64,000 bases of DNA from Chiloscyllium plagiosum. Lineage: Eukaryota. The position numbers and the translations under genes are program-made. Below, in pieces: positions 24,873-38,600 of the stretch (the first letter of the stretch is position 1; every line of letters starts with the position of its first letter). The stretch is taken from the NCBI RefSeq assembly GCF_004010195.1, contig NC_057759.1, forward strand, positions 3,758,860 through 3,822,859, in the 5' to 3' direction. Below the pieces are notes generated by a model that made no database searches, was not told where the DNA came from, and saw only the letters and a program-made list of their open reading frames with translations.

Positions 24873-24904
<32 letters not shown>

Positions 24905-24917
24905 ACGCGCGTGTGCG
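24873..24917. repeat. (GT)n microsatellite
   Basis: About 15 perfect GT units then gcacgcgcgtgtgcg. Confidence 0.95.
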
Positions 24918-25059
24918 TTTGTTGTATTCATTTGTTGGAGGTGGGAATCGCTGTCTAGGCATCACATTTATTGCCCATCCCTGTTATCCTTGAGAAGATG
25001 GTGAATGTGAAACAAGGGATCAAATGCACGGGTTGCAAAATGTCAGTCTTGATCTAAGG

Positions 25060-25370
25060 TTAGCAGCACCATGGCTCAGTGGTTAGCGCTGCTGCCTCAC
25101 AGCGCCAAGGACCCACGATCAACTCCCACCTTGGGCGACTGTCTGTGTGGAGTTTGCACATTCTCCCTGTATCTGTGTGGGTTTGCTCCGGTTTCCTTCC
25201 ACAGTCCAAAGATGCGCTGATCAGGTGAATTGGTCATGCTGAAGTATTACATGCATTTGTCAGGGGTATAAATAGGGAAATGGGTCTGGGTGGGTTACTC
25301 TTCAGAGGGTCGGTGTGGACTTGTTGGGCCGAAGGGCCTGTTTCCATACTGTAGGAAATCTCATCTCATC
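25060..25370 (+). mobile_element. HE1 SINE, older subfamily
   Basis: catggctcagtggttagcgctgctgcctcacag head, V domain and tail. Confidence 0.9.
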
Positions 25371-25849
25371 TACTTGACGACGTTTTAAAAGGAATATTTG
25401 TACAATGAAAGGGGAATGGCCAGTTCTCCCTGCTCACCTTAATCCTGGTTTGTTTGGGATCAAAACAGCTAGTCAGTCAGGTTTGAGACGACTGGTCCAA
25501 GTAACAACTACATGGAAGAAGTTTTCCCATGCTGAATCTCCCTGCCATTTTGCTCTCTCCTCTAAGAACCTGAGGTGTTTTTTTTTTGCCAAGGAAAAGT
25601 TCATAGGTATTGTGGCAAGTCTTTGGACCAGTATCAGTATATTGCAATCATCTTTTAGGTTTCCAGAAAGGTTAAGATATTTAACATTCTGTTGTCTTTT
25701 GTTTGTGTTTCATTCAGAAATATTTCAAATAAATTCTATTTCATTGAAAACTAAGTGGGTTGGGCCAGCTACATCACTCTTGGAATATCCACTCCACATT
25801 TGCTTAAAACAACTAGCAAAGTTAGAGAGAAGGCTACTTTTTTCAAATG

Positions 25850-27400
25850 CGTTCAGGGGGTCTAGTCTGATCGATAACAACATTGAAAGCCATTGCACAT
25901 TATCTTTCGAGATGAGATAATGTGCAATGAGAAACAATGCATTAACGATTATGTTATGGTTGGGTCACTTGGGATAGTTACAACAATATGACAGCATTAT
26001 TCATTAAGATGACGAGCCAAGTAGTCAACTAGAAACTAGGGTCCTAAATGAAGGGAGCATTAAAATTTAGAGCCATGAATTGGCAAGAATGGATTGTGGA
26101 ATCATACTCAAGTGAACGATGGTGGATAGGGAATGGTTCATGCTTGAAGAAAGCACCCTATGAAATGCAACAATTACACGTTCTGATCTGGAAAATGTTT
26201 TAAACAAATGAAAGAAAGGTGGCTCAATTTGGTTTTCAAAAGAGATTACCGAGAACACAGTTTCAAATAGGAGAGATGTAAAATTGTCAGAACAAAGATA
26301 ACAACAAGGATTGGGAGCATATTAGAAATTAGCAGAAAATAAACACTCAAAGGAAAAAATAGTGTCGGAGAGTAAAATTGTATTGAACATAGAAATTGAC
26401 TGTATAAACATCTATAAATATATGAGAAGAAGTAGTTTGTAAATAGCGGTCCAAAGCTGTCAGAATTGAAGTGAAATTATACTGAGGAATAAAGAAATGT
26501 TATCAAACGTTTTTCTTCTGTCTTTATCAAACAAGAAGTAAGTGCCTTAGAAATGTTAGAGAACCAAGGGTGGAATGAGCAGGCAAAGGGAAAAAATCAT
26601 TATTAGGAAGGAGTTGATGCTGGAGTAAGTAATGCCATTAATGTTGGACAAACACCGGGACCTGATCATCAACATTCCAGAGTGGGAAATGAAGTGATAT
26701 TGAAACACTAGATGCATTGATGATCATCTTCCAACAATCTGCGGACTCTGCAGTATTCCCTGCAGCTTGCTACTCTCTTTTCTTTCACAAACACACAGAA
26801 CCTTTGCATTTTTTAATGTTTCTTAAAATTTTACTTTCATAGTCCTGTTTCTCTGTTTTTATTCACAATGTCAGTGTTCCTGAAATATGTCCAATTCTCT
26901 GATCTCTACCTCTACAATTTGCTGCTTTGTCCACTTAAATTAATGAATTGAAGAGTGCTCCTTAATCCCTCTTTTCAAGATCAGGTGATTCCACTTTCTT
27001 GTTGAGGTCTGCATTTTGAACTGAGTCTTTATTCTCAGCGATGGCTTTGAAATACTGATTCCAAGTTGGTCACTGCTTATCCATGCAGAATCCCCTCAGA
27101 CTCTTTTCATTGACCTCTCTCTCCTTGCCTTGAATTAACTTGAGAACATCATTTTGAGGAATTCTCTTGTTCTAAGAGAAACGTAGTTTGAAACTTCAGC
27201 ATACTTTAATCAATCCGCCCAAGAGAACTGTTAACCATGTGATCTATTACTAATCTAGCTTTACTACATGTGCATATCGCTAAAATAACCTCTTTCAGGC
27301 TAGCAAACAGTCCCTAATGCAGTCCACAAACTCATTTTTTTTTCCAGGAATGCTTGCCAGTTAGTTCACTCTGTTGGGAGGATGATGAGTTTGTAACACA
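25850..27400. mobile_element. Highly degraded CR1 ORF2 remnants (plus to about 26765, then minus)
   Basis: DKTPGPD-like motif at about 26647 and IIFQQSADS remnant. Confidence 0.45.
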
Positions 27401-28419
27401 TCTTCCTAAAACTTTTTGATTCTTAACTATCGTCTGTGCCCAGTCATCAATCCCCCCAGCGAGGCTCTCAAGGGACTGGATATATTACTGTTGTTCATAT
27501 GTTCCACTTATTCTGGTTTCAAATATCCAAAATGTGAAACCACGTGCAAACGTCTTGCTGATTTTATTGCATATGCTAGAATGTGTCTCCTTTCCAGACG
27601 GAGACAAATTTAAGTACACGTTCTGAATACAAGTTAACACCTCCTCCAATTAAATATAATGAAACATGAAAAATCTGGGAGTAAGAGAGAAAAACAAGGG
27701 TAAATAGGAAGTGTCACAAGTGGAACAAAAAAAACAGACAGCAGACTGATTATAGACAAAAAGTGAGAGGTTGCAGTGTGAAAAGAGATCATCAGTCGAG
27801 CTTAAAGGAAGGCCGGATGCATAGAGTGAAATCAAAATGGCCAATTTCCTGAGAAAGTGAATATTAAAGCAATATTTGGAGGGACATTTGCAATGCCAAG
27901 ACATACGAGGTTATGTGCCAAGTGACGGAAAAATGTGATCTTGTCAGTTTGATCATTGTTTATTTCTGTGTTGCCAATCTGTGTGACTTTATGACAAGAC
28001 AGTACACAAATGCAGGACGTAGATACAAAAATGTTAGTGTTTTCCAACTAGAATTTGTACCACGAGCATCAGTCATTAACCTGCGATACAACCAATGGGA
28101 TAGTGTCACTAATCAAACGATTTAACAGATAGTTCAATCACACACAATTAAACAAATCAAAACAATCTACTTGCACAAGCCTAATTGCACTGACATCGAC
28201 AGTCCTACAGGGAAAAAAGGCTATTCAGCCCATAACCTCTCCAGCAGACAAAAGCCACTCACTTTTAATTGTTTGAAGTGATGTCAAAATCATAAGAGTT
28301 AGTTGAACATAGAGTACAGGTCAAAAAGTGAAAACCAAAATCATTAACAATGTGAACGCTGTGTTAAAAATAGAGGAAGGTGAATCATAATATAACAGTC
28401 ATCCCTCACTACATAAAAT

Positions 28420-29020
28420 AGAGAACAGTCCAGCAAAGGAACAGACCGTTCGGCCCTCCAAGTCTGTGCTTAATCATGATGCCATTCTGTACTAATCCCA
28501 CCGGCCTGCACACAGTCCCTCTGTTCCATGCGTGTTTATGTGTCTGCCCAAATGCCTCTGAAATATTGCTTCTGCCATCTCCACTGCCAGCATATTCCAG
28601 ACACCCACCATTCTTTGTGTAACATGTGTGCCTCGTAAATCTCAGTTAAGTATTGATTAGACCACACAACGAGAGTATTGTGTGCACTTCTGGCATCCAC
28701 ATTCCAGAATGGATGTGTCACCACTGGGAGAGGGTGCAGGCAGAGATTTACCAAGAAGTTACCGCGGGTCTGGAGAGAAAGTGATGGAGAAAGATGGGGC
28801 AGACTGAGTTTGTTTCAATTTGAGCAGAGGAGATTGAGGGTGGCGGTGGTGACATGATTGACATGTATAAAGTGATGAGGTGCACAGAGAGGGCAGACAG
28901 GAAGGAACATTCACCCTTAATGCGGGGATTGATGACTGGGGCGTAGATTGAAGGTAAGTACTAGAACGTTGAGGGAGAAAATACATTCCCCATTGATGAA
29001 GGGATTAATGACTGGGGGAA
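28420..29020. mobile_element. Two CR1 fragments in opposite orientation
   Basis: Minus-strand tail at 28420-28640; plus-strand EYCVHFWHP...ERVQ fragment at 28660-29020. Confidence 0.65.
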
Positions 29021-29149
29021 TATATTTCAACCCTCCCCTAACTCTTCTCTCACGCATAAATAGCATCTTATCCAAATTACTATGAGTTCTTGGCGCATTA
29101 AATCTGATTTGCTAAGAGAAACAAAGTTAACATTATCGATTATAAGCAT

Positions 29150-29350
29150 AGAAAGTGCTATAGAAACTCAGCCTGTCTGACAGTATCTGTGGAGCGCCAA
29201 ACTGAGTTAACGTTACAGATGTTAAGTGCAGAACGTGCTGGAGATACTCCACACATCTGTCAGCATCTGTAAAGGGACCCAGAGAAAGAAAAATAGGCAT
29301 TTTGAGTCCAGTGATAGTTCATCAGAGCTGAAGATATTTGTAAAAGAGTG
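29150..29350 (-). mobile_element. Two PLE terminal fragments
   Basis: gtgct..agaaactcagc...cagcatctgt motifs. Confidence 0.55.
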
Positions 29351-29819
29351 GTATCGATACAGTAGACAGTTCCTAGTGATGGAGAGCAGACAGTGACGGA
29401 GCCGCTGCTATGATACAAAATAAGGTTTAAAAAAAGGAAAGGCAACCTAAAGGATTGCTGGTGATGAGCGGAGAGAGTGGTAAATGCGAGGTCAGGTGTC
29501 AAAGAGAAGGATGACTCGATGATAATTTTGCTAGGTGCCATCGATGCAAACTGGTAACAGTGTCAGATCAGCCACGATCCCATTGCATATTACAGCTTGC
29601 TTAACGGCCAAGCGGCCTATTTCTGCTCCTATTTATGATGAGCTCCTATTTATGATGGAAGGTGGTCACTCGGGGTCTTGGTTGAGAGTAACGAACACGG
29701 GGTAATATATCACTCCTGAGTGCTAGACGTGCCTCAGAAAAAGATGGAGTTGCCGTAACTCCAGATTGCTCAGAGCGCAATTGCTTAAAATATGCAAGCA
29801 ATTGATAGTGGGCAATGTA

Positions 29820-29905
29820 GAAGGTTGTGGAAGTGGGATTGCTCGCTGAGCTGGAAGGTCCATTTTCAGACGTTTCGTCATTATACTAGGTAACATCTTC
29901 AGTCC
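29820..29905 (-). mobile_element. PLE terminal fragment of a different family, with a hammerhead-like core
   Basis: Minus strand CTGAAGA-T-GTTACCTAGTATAATGAC-GAAAC-GTC. Confidence 0.6.
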
Positions 29906-29929
29906 TGTCCAAAGCTTCACCTGCAGGCT

Positions 29930-30490
29930 CGCTTTTATCCTTTTAGAATATTGCGTACAGTTCTGATCTCTCTGCTGCAGGAAGATGTTGTTAAACTTGA
30001 AAAGGTAGAAAAAAATGCAAGAATATTACCAGAACTGGAGGATTTGAGTAGTAAATTGAGGCTGGATAGTCGGGGGCTTCCCCTTCCCTCCCCCCGCCGG
30101 AGCGTCAAAAGCTGTGGAGATGAATGTACAAACTCCCCACACAAAATCACAAGGGGCATAGGTAAGGTGCATAGCCAAGTTCTTTTCCCCAGGGTAAACA
30201 AAACTAGAGGGCATAGCTTTCACACAAATTGTGGTGTGCAAATGGAACTAGCTGCTAGAGGGAGTGGTGGAGCTGGGTACAATTACAGTGAAAAGACTTT
30301 TGCATAGATCCGTTGATAGCAAAGACTGAGAGGGATGGATATTCTCAAATCTTCTCAAAACTTATTGAGAGGGATATAGGTCAAATCAGTTAAATGAGAA
30401 TAGTTCGGTTTAGGAAACCTGGTTGGCATGGGTGAGATGGGCCGAAGGGCCTCCTTCAATGCTGTACAAATCTGTGACTTTACATGTGAT
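29930..30490 (+). mobile_element. Degraded CR1 3' fragment
   Basis: LEYCVQF, DVVKLEKV, KTRGHSF and CR1 tail. Confidence 0.8.
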
Positions 30491-30724
30491 TCTCCTGAGC
30501 TTTGTACGATTTCACTTTTTTTCACAGATGCGAATCATTGTCGACTCAGGGGAGAACCAAGTAAGGAATGATCAGAGATGGGATACAAAAATTGAATCAC
30601 CTCGAGACTGGAAGCAATTAATCCCAGTTCAACTTACACAATGCTCCCATCCTCCTCCTATTCTCTTACAATTTGTCATTATAGGAACTCCGCAGCTTCT
30701 TGCTAGGACTAAAAAGGAAATTCT

Positions 30725-31069
30725 CACTGCCTCTTGGAGATTGCCCTTTCCTTGAATAATACAGCAAAATCGAAATACTTTTATCAGTTCCATATCAATT
30801 GATCTCGATTCAGTCTTCAATTAATGAATTCTCTGCAATGAAACGAAATTGTCTACACCATAAAAACATAAATTTATCAGTGCAAGAATAGCCCATGCAC
30901 ACTGCCTCTTGGAGATTGCCCTTTCCTTGAACAGCAAAATCGAAATACTTTTATCAGCTCCATATCAATTGAGCTCGATTCAGTCTTCAATTAATGAATT
31001 CTCTGCAATGAAACGAAATTGTCTACACCATAAAAACATAAATTTATCAGTGCAAGAATAGCCCATGCA
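30725..31069. repeat. Tandem duplication, 175 + 170 bp
   Basis: 30725-30899 vs 30900-31069: two substitutions and one 5-bp indel. Confidence 0.95.
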
Positions 31070-31619
31070 TCAAGACTTTCCAAGTTAATAACATATAAAG
31101 TGGGAAAGGGTCAGGCAACACAAGGTGTACGAGCCCATCGGGAGGGGTGGGGGGATGGAATGTGACACCAATATGATCGCATTTCCACACAGTTTGAGAG
31201 GGACAGGCTGAAATAAAGATGTAAGGGGATAACAATCGACTAAAAGTGACTCAAAGACATGAGAGAGGAGCTAGACAGAGTTGATTGGAAGGAGAGCCTA
31301 GAATCAGGTTGTCAAGTGAGGATAGTTTGAGAGCTCTGGGTCAGTGTTAGATGGAGTTTAGAAAATGAGAAAGTCATCTGATTAAAAGTTACAATATACT
31401 GAGGTCCAGATAGAGTCGACATGGAGAAGACATTCCCACGATACGGGGAGAAAGTGGGAGAATGGGATTCAGAAACCTATCAGCCATTATTGATTGGTGC
31501 AGCAGTTTTGATGGTCCGAATGGTCTGATTCTGCTTCTACATCTGATGGTCTCATAACTTACCCTACACTCATTAGTATGAAAGCCATTTCGCAATTTCA
31601 AACAAGTTATAATTGGAGC

Positions 31620-32120
31620 AGAAGGAACAAGTCAGGAGTATGATTTCCCACTTGATTGGATGAGTTCAGATCCAAAAACACTCGAGAATATCCACACCAC
31701 CAAGAGTCAAAGCAGGCCTCTCCTGATTGGCACCACATTCCCAAACAACCACAGTAGCAGCAGTGCGTAAAATCTACAATTTGCAATGCAGATATTCACC
31801 AAAGATGCTCAGCGCCTTCCGATCTCAGAACTACGGCCATCTGGAAGGCCACATGCAGAAGATATATGCAAAAATGACTCCCTGAAGGTTCACCTATGAG
31901 CCACTTACCATACTGACTTGCAATTATATCTGCCATTCCTTCACTGTCACTGTGTCAAAATCTTAGAATTCTCTCCCTAAGCGCATTGTAGGTCAACAAA
32001 TGAACTGCAGTCGTTGAAAAAAGCAGCTCGGCATCACATTCTCAAGGGAACAACAAGAGACTGAGGCAATAAACGCTAGGCCCGGCCAGCGACGCACTCG
32101 TCCCACAAGTGCATGATCTT
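31620..32120 (+). mobile_element. L2-clade LINE 3' fragment
   Basis: IYNLQCRYSPKML remnant and gcaataaacgctagg...ccagcgacgc...tccca tail. Confidence 0.7.
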
Positions 32121-32149
32121 GTAAAAAACGCTTTTTGTCTTGACTAAGT

Positions 32150-34250
32150 ATTTTGTTTCAGTGTTTTCTGAGGAAAAGGATATGGAAAATATAGACTACA
32201 GGAAAATAGGTGGTGACATCTTGCAAAATGTCCATATTACAGAGAAGTAAGGGCAGAATGTATTGAAGCGCATAAAGGTGGATAAATACCCAGGACCTGA
32301 TCAGTTGTACCCTAGAACTCTGTGGGAAGCTGGAGAAATCATTGTTGGGCCTCTTGCTGAGATATTTGTATCGTTGATAGTTACAGTGAGGTGCGGGAAG
32401 ACTGGAGGTTGGCAAACGTGGTGCCACTGTTTAAGAAGGGTGATAAGGACAAGCCAGAGAACTATAGACAAGTGAGCATGAGTCAGTGGTGGGAAAGTTG
32501 TTGGAGGGAATCCTGAGGGACAGGATATGCATGCATTTGGAAAGGCAAGGAGTTATTAGGGATAGTCAACATGGCTTTGTGTGTGGAAAATCATGTCTCA
32601 CAAACTTGACTGAGTTTTTTGAGGAAGTAACAAAGAAGATTGATGAGGGCAGAGCGGTAGATGAGATCAATGTGGACTTCAGTGTTGTATTTGACAAGAT
32701 TCCCCATGGGAGCTTGGTTAGCAAGGTTTGATCTCACGGAATACAGGGAGAACTAGCCATTTGGATACAGAACTGGCTCAAAGCTGGAAGACAGAGGGTG
32801 GTAGTGGAGGGTTGTTATTCAGACTGGAGGCCTGTGACCAGTGTAGTGCCACAAGGATCGTTGCTGGGTCCTCTAATTTTTGTCATTTACATAAATGATT
32901 TGTATTCGAGCTTAAGAGGTACAGTTAGTAAGTTTGTAATGACACCAAAATTGGAGGTGTAATGGACAGCGAAGAGGGTTACCTCAGATTCCAACAGGAT
33001 CTTGACCAGATGGGCCAATGGGCTGAGAAGTGGCAGATGGCCTTTAATTCAGATAATTGCGAGGTGCTGCATTTTGGGAAAGCGAATCTTATCAGGACTT
33101 ACACACTTAATGGTAGTGTTCTAGGGAGTGCTGCTGAATAAAGAGACCTTGGAGTGTAGACAGAACTGGATCAAAGCTGGAAGACAGAGGGTGGTGGTGG
33201 AGGGTTGTTTTTCAGATTGGAGGCCTGTGACCAGTGTAGTGCCACAAGGATCGTTGCTGGGTCCTCTACTTTTTGTCATTTACATAAATGATTTGTATTC
33301 GAGCTTAAGAGGTACAGTTAGTAAGTTTGTAATGACACCAAAATTGGAGGTGTAATGGACAGCGAAGAGGGTTACCTCAGATTCCAACAGGATCTTGACC
33401 AGATGGGCCAATGGGCTGAGAAGTGGCAGATGGCCTTTAATTCAGATAATTGCGAGGTGCTGCATTTTGGGAAAGCGAATCTTATCAGGACTTACACACT
33501 TAATGGTAGTGTTCTAGGGAGTGCTGCTGAATAAAGAGACCTTGGAGTGTAGTTTAATAGCTCTTTAAAAGTGGAGTGGCAGGTAGAAAGGATAGTGAAG
33601 AAGGCGTTGGCTATGCTTTCTTTTTTTGGTCAGAGTATTGAGTACAGGAGTTGGGAGGTCATGTTGTGGCTGTACATGACTTTGGTTAGGCCACTGTTGG
33701 AATATTTCGTAAAATTATGATCTCCTTCCTATCGGACAGATGTTGTGAAACTTGAAAGGCTACCGAAAAGATTTACAAGGATGTTGCCAGGGTTGGAGAA
33801 TTTGAGCTATAGAGAGAGGCTGAACAGGCTGGGGCTGTTTTCCCTGGAGCGCTGGAGGCTGAGGGGTGACCTTATAGAGGTTTACAAAATCATGAGGGGC
33901 ATGGATAGGATGAATAGACAAAGGTTTTTTCCTGGGGTTAGGGAGTTCAGAACTGGAGGGCATAGGTTTAGGGTGAGAGGGGAAATTTTAAAAGAGACCT
34001 AAGGGACAACATTTTCACGCAGAGGGTGATACGTGTATGGAATGAGCTGCCAGAGGATGTGGTGGAGGCTGGTACATTGCATCATTTAAAAGGCATTTGG
34101 ATGGGTATATGAATAGGAAGGGTTTGGAGGGATAGGGGCCGGGTGTTGGTAGGTCGGACTGGATTGGGTTGGGATATCTGGTCGGCATGGATGGATTGGA
34201 CTGAAGGATCTGTTCCATGCTGTACATCTCTCTGACTCAATGACTCTATA
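32150..34250 (+). mobile_element. CR1 (HER1-like) LINE, about 2.1 kb, with an internal 393-bp tandem duplication
   Basis: [45 protein letters not shown] and RGDLIEVYKIMRG. Multiple stops and frameshifts. Confidence 0.95.
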
Positions 34251-34284
34251 ATCTATGCACCCAAGTATAAACCTGTCACTATAT

Positions 34285-35200
34285 CAAGGACAAAATCAAA
34301 TTACTGCCGATGCTGGAATCTGAAACCAAAAGAGAAAATGCTGAAAAATCTCAGCAGGTCTGGCAGCATCTGTAAGGAGAGAAGAGAGTTGACGTTTCGA
34401 GTCTAACTGACCCTTTGTCAAAGCTTAAAAAAATTGGGAGAAATGGGGAGGTATTTACACTAGGCTGAGAGAAGGTGAGTCATGGCTCCAGAAGCAAAGG
34501 TAGCAATAAAGAGGTGATAATGACAGTGCATAGAGAGATTATAGGGAGATTATGAGCTGTGAATGACCAAGGCTGAAGCCAGTGCTATGTGAAAAAATAT
34601 GTGCGGGATGGGGGTGGAGTGAAGCAGAGGCAAAATGGAAAACATGAGAGAAGGTTAGCAAAGGGGGAAGAGGAGCGGGAAAAAGTGATGAGAGGGTGGG
34701 GAGCAAGAGAAAGAGAGAGACAATCAAGAAATAAGGGATACAGAACAGTGAAAAATATAATAAAAAGATAAAGAAAATAAATGAAGTAAAATTACTGAGC
34801 AGAATGAAAACGGAGGGGTCGAGATGGTATAATCATCTGAAGTTGTTGAATTCAATGTTGAGACTGGCAGGCTGTAACGTGCCTAGTCAGAAAATGAGAT
34901 GCTGTTCCTCCACTTTGCGTTGAGCTTCACTGGAACATTGCAGCAGGCAATGTGGGCAATGAGAGCCATGTGGGCATGGGAGCTGGATTGTGTGTTGAAG
35001 TGGCAAGCCACAGGAAGGTCCTGGACCTGGTTGTGTACAGACCGAAGGTGCTCAGCAAAGCGAGCACCCAGTCAGCGTTTTGTCACCCCGATATAGAGGA
35101 GACCACATTGGGAGCAACGAATGCAATAGACCGAATTGAAAGAGGTACAAGTGCGCTGCTTAATCTGAAATGAGTGGCTGGGGCTTTGGATGGTGAGCAT
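34285..35200 (-). mobile_element. PLE 3' fragment (GIY-YIG endonuclease end, 3' UTR, pLTR)
   Basis: VYCIRCSQCGLLYIGVTKR*LGARFAEHLRSV...EEQHLI...LNIEFNNFR. Confidence 0.9.
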
Positions 35201-35939
35201 GGACATTATTAAGGACATTGGCCTTATGCATTTTGCAAGATTCCACCAAATCACCAATGCTTGGATTGTCGGTGAAAAGTAAGAGCTTTCACTTCACAAA
35301 TAGAAAAAAAGCAAAGACCTAAATTTTGAGCACGTCTTGTAAAACACTCTTAGGCACTAAAATATCACAATGAGATTAGAAGATGACCAAAGCACAGAAG
35401 AGGACAATCTGGATGCAGGAGATTATTGAAATCTGCCAGCCAAAGTGGAAGCCAAAGCTGTGAAACTAAACAAGCAGGCAGATAAAAAAAATAACTATAT
35501 TGCACACTGCTGTAACCTGTCAGCTATTGCCTTGACTCACTGGTGGGGAAGGCACAAACTTTACTGCTAGAGATATGCTTCTCAATTTGTCGACTGATAT
35601 TGGAGGGGGATTTTGGAGGACAAATTGGTCTTTATTCTGTGCTCCTTACCAAGACCGGGTGGGAAAGGCCTCTATACAATGTCTCTAAGCCACTCGATCT
35701 CACTTCCAATAAATTACAGGATATTAATGCATTCCACATTACGATGATGATGTGCAACAGTGACAAAAGTGTTAGTCACATTCCCTGAAGCCTACACATC
35801 TGAACGTACAATCAATCAAGGATGGAAAACTTCAAGGAGCGTCCTCCATCTTCCTGTATTCTCATGATTGTGAGAGATTCTTATCTCATAATGGCACGCT
35901 CCCATTATTCATCCTTCCTGCTATAAATCCTCCCTGTTA

Positions 35940-36260
35940 TCAGCACAATGGATCAATGGTTAGCACTGCTGCCTCATAGGGCTAGGGACCCAGGTTTGAA
36001 TCTACCCTTTGGAGACTGTCTGCGTGGAGTTTACATATTCTGCCAGTGTCTGTGTGGGTTTCCATCTGCTGCTCTAGTTTTCTTCTACAGATATGTAGGT
36101 TAGCTGGATTGGCTGTGCTCAATTACCTTTCAGTATGCAAGTAATATGGGTTAGCAATGGTAAGTCTGTAGCTGCGAGGCCAGGGTGGCATGCTCTTTGG
36201 AGGGTCGGTGCAGTTTTTATAGGCTGAATAGACTCTTTCTGCACTGCAGTGATTCTACAA
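35940..36260 (+). mobile_element. Old HE1-like V-SINE
   Basis: tggttagcactgctgcctca head and degenerate V domain. Confidence 0.8.
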
Positions 36261-36444
36261 ATTGCTGTCTGGGATATTTCAGTTATAAGATAATTCAAGA
36301 CTTACGTCTGCCAGCAGGATAGAGCTTTCACTCTACTGTCTGAAGCCATTTGTATAAAGGAATTCAGCTAAATTCATTAATACTAATTGCATTTATAATT
36401 TCAGTATACTTGCATGTATAATATCTCATGGCAATAAATAAGAG

Positions 36445-36885
36445 ACAAAAATATGAAGATGCTGGAATCCAAGGTAGGCGAGTAGGAGAAGATCACAGCA
36501 AGCCAGGAAGCATCAGGAGATGGGTATAAGGGGAGCTGCAGATAAAAGGGAGGTGGTGGGGGGATAGGGAAGTAGGGATAGGTGAACACACTTCGAGGGC
36601 ATAATTTGGTTGGCATTTGGGAACAATGAATCCACTTGGTAGCTTAAATGAAGGATCTGTAAAAGAAATGGAGGGGATGGGAAGGGCTGGGAAGGGATTT
36701 GGGTGTTGGGAAGGGAGGTTACATTAAATTGAGACCGAAATGTTGAGTACTCCGGGCTGTAAGCTGCCCAGGCGAAGAGGAGGCATTGTTTCTTGTATTT
36801 GCCGTATGATTTGCTGTGGCAATGGAAAAGGCCAACGATGGAAAGGGAGTGGGAATGGCAATTAAAATGGGCTGTCACTGGGAGG
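36445..36885 (-). mobile_element. PLE 3' fragment (inverted partner of 36900-39105)
   Basis: PVTAHFNCHSHS...KYKKQCL remnant and pLTR end. Confidence 0.75.
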
Positions 36886-37404
36886 ACACATCATCCCGTG
36901 CGGGCCTGGCTGATATCCTTGTCAAAAGTGCCTTTTCCCTCTCTGTTATCTTGACACCCATCCAGCACACATCCTCCATTTCCCCTCCGTCCTCCTCTCT
37001 GAATACAATGAATGTCGGAACCTCTTGTCCTCCCCTAACATCCCACCAGTCTCTACATCCAAATTATCATTCCTGAACACTTCTGACTCTTCAACTGGAC
37101 ACTACCACCAAGAAAATCTTGCCCTCCCCACCCCTATCTGCTTTGCACAAGGACCGTTCCCTCTGATAATCCGTTGTTCACGCCAGTGTCCCCACCAACC
37201 AACTGAGCCCCGAAATATCTTTACCTGTAACTATAAAATATGCAAAACCTGCCGGCACACCACCCACCTCATCTCCAACCTGGGCTCCAAACAGTCCTTT
37301 CAGGTGACACGGAGGTTCGCCTGCCTCTCCTCCGACCTAGTTAACTGTTTTCAGTGCTCTTGATGTGGTTATTTCTACATCAGGGAGACCAACTGTAAAC
37401 TCTG

Positions 37405-38600
37405 GGCTGTTGTATGTTGCAACGGGATATTGACAGGTTGTGGAACCGGGGTCAGAAGTGGCAGATGGGATTCAGCTGGCAAAAAATGTGAAGTGAATCA
37501 TTTCGGATGGTCGAATTTGAATACAGTTAATGTCAGGATTCGTGGCAGTGTGGAGGAATAAAGGGAACTTGTGGTCCGTGTCTATAGATTACTCAAAGTT
37601 GCCACTGGGTTTGTTAAGAGTTGTTAAGAAAGCGTGAGGCGTGTTGTCTTTCGTTAACAGTGGTATTGAGTTTAAGAGCCATGAGGTTATGTTGCCACTC
37701 TATAGACACTTAGTCAGATCACACTTGGAATATTGTGTTCAGTTCTGGTTGTTTCATTATAGGAAGGATGTGGAAGCGTTAGAGAGGGTGCAGAGCAGAT
37801 TTACTAGGATGCTGCCTGGACTGGATGGAATATCTTATGAAGAAAGTTTTAGCGTGATAAGACTTTTCTCACTGGAGTGAAGAAGGGTGAGAAGTGTCTT
37901 GATAGAGGAGTATAAGATAATGAGAGGCAAAGATAGATTAGATAGTCAGAGACTTTTTTCCCAGATCGGAAATGGCTACTACAAGGGGAAATAATTTTAC
38001 GGTGATTGGAGGAAGATTTATAAGACCCTACACCGGTAGTGAGGACGGCTGAGAAGATCATCGGTGTCTCTATCCCCTCCAGTAGAGATATTTCCACCAC
38101 ACGCTGCACCTGAACGGCTATGAGCATTGTGGAAGTCCCCAGACACTGCTCATTCAAACTCTTTTCCCTCCTCCATCTGGCAGAATGTACGAGAGCATTC
38201 GATCTCTCAAAGCAATAGTTTCTACCCCCAAAACATCAGGCTCCTTAACACTGTATAATCACTCTTCATTTCACCTGCAATTCTTTGCACGACTTTTCGA
38301 ATTACTGCCCAAACAATGTCTATCAATTATCCTTCTTTTATTACACCGTAAATTTCGTGTTTTACCATTCTTATGCACTTCAGATGACCCTTTGTATGAT
38401 CGTGTAGATTGTGTTGTCCATATATCACTTTGTTCCCGAAAGAACCCTATCTCGATTATTATTGTATCAGTTGTAAATGGTAGGAATGACAAATATAATC
38501 TACTCTACTCTACTACTTTACAGTTAGAGTAAGACAAAAAGGTCGGCACAACATCAAGGACTGAAGGGCCTGTACTATGCTGCACTGTTCGATGTCCTAT
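37405..38600 (+). mobile_element. CR1 3' fragment nested in the PLE and split by Rex1
   Basis: LVRSHLEYCVQFW...ALERVQSRFTRMLPGL; the tail resumes at about 38520-38600. Confidence 0.88.
38025..38517 (+). mobile_element. Rex1/Babar LINE 3' end
   Basis: Reading through small frameshifts gives VRTAEKIIGVSIPS...TTRC...LFSLL.SGRMYESIRS...NSFYPQNIRLLN; (CTACT)n tail. Confidence 0.82.

Noticed and set aside
35375..35465. Minus-strand hydrophobic stretch WQISIISCIQIVLFCALVIF as a TM exon
   Set aside because: Followed at once by a stop, incompatible splice phase and no donor.
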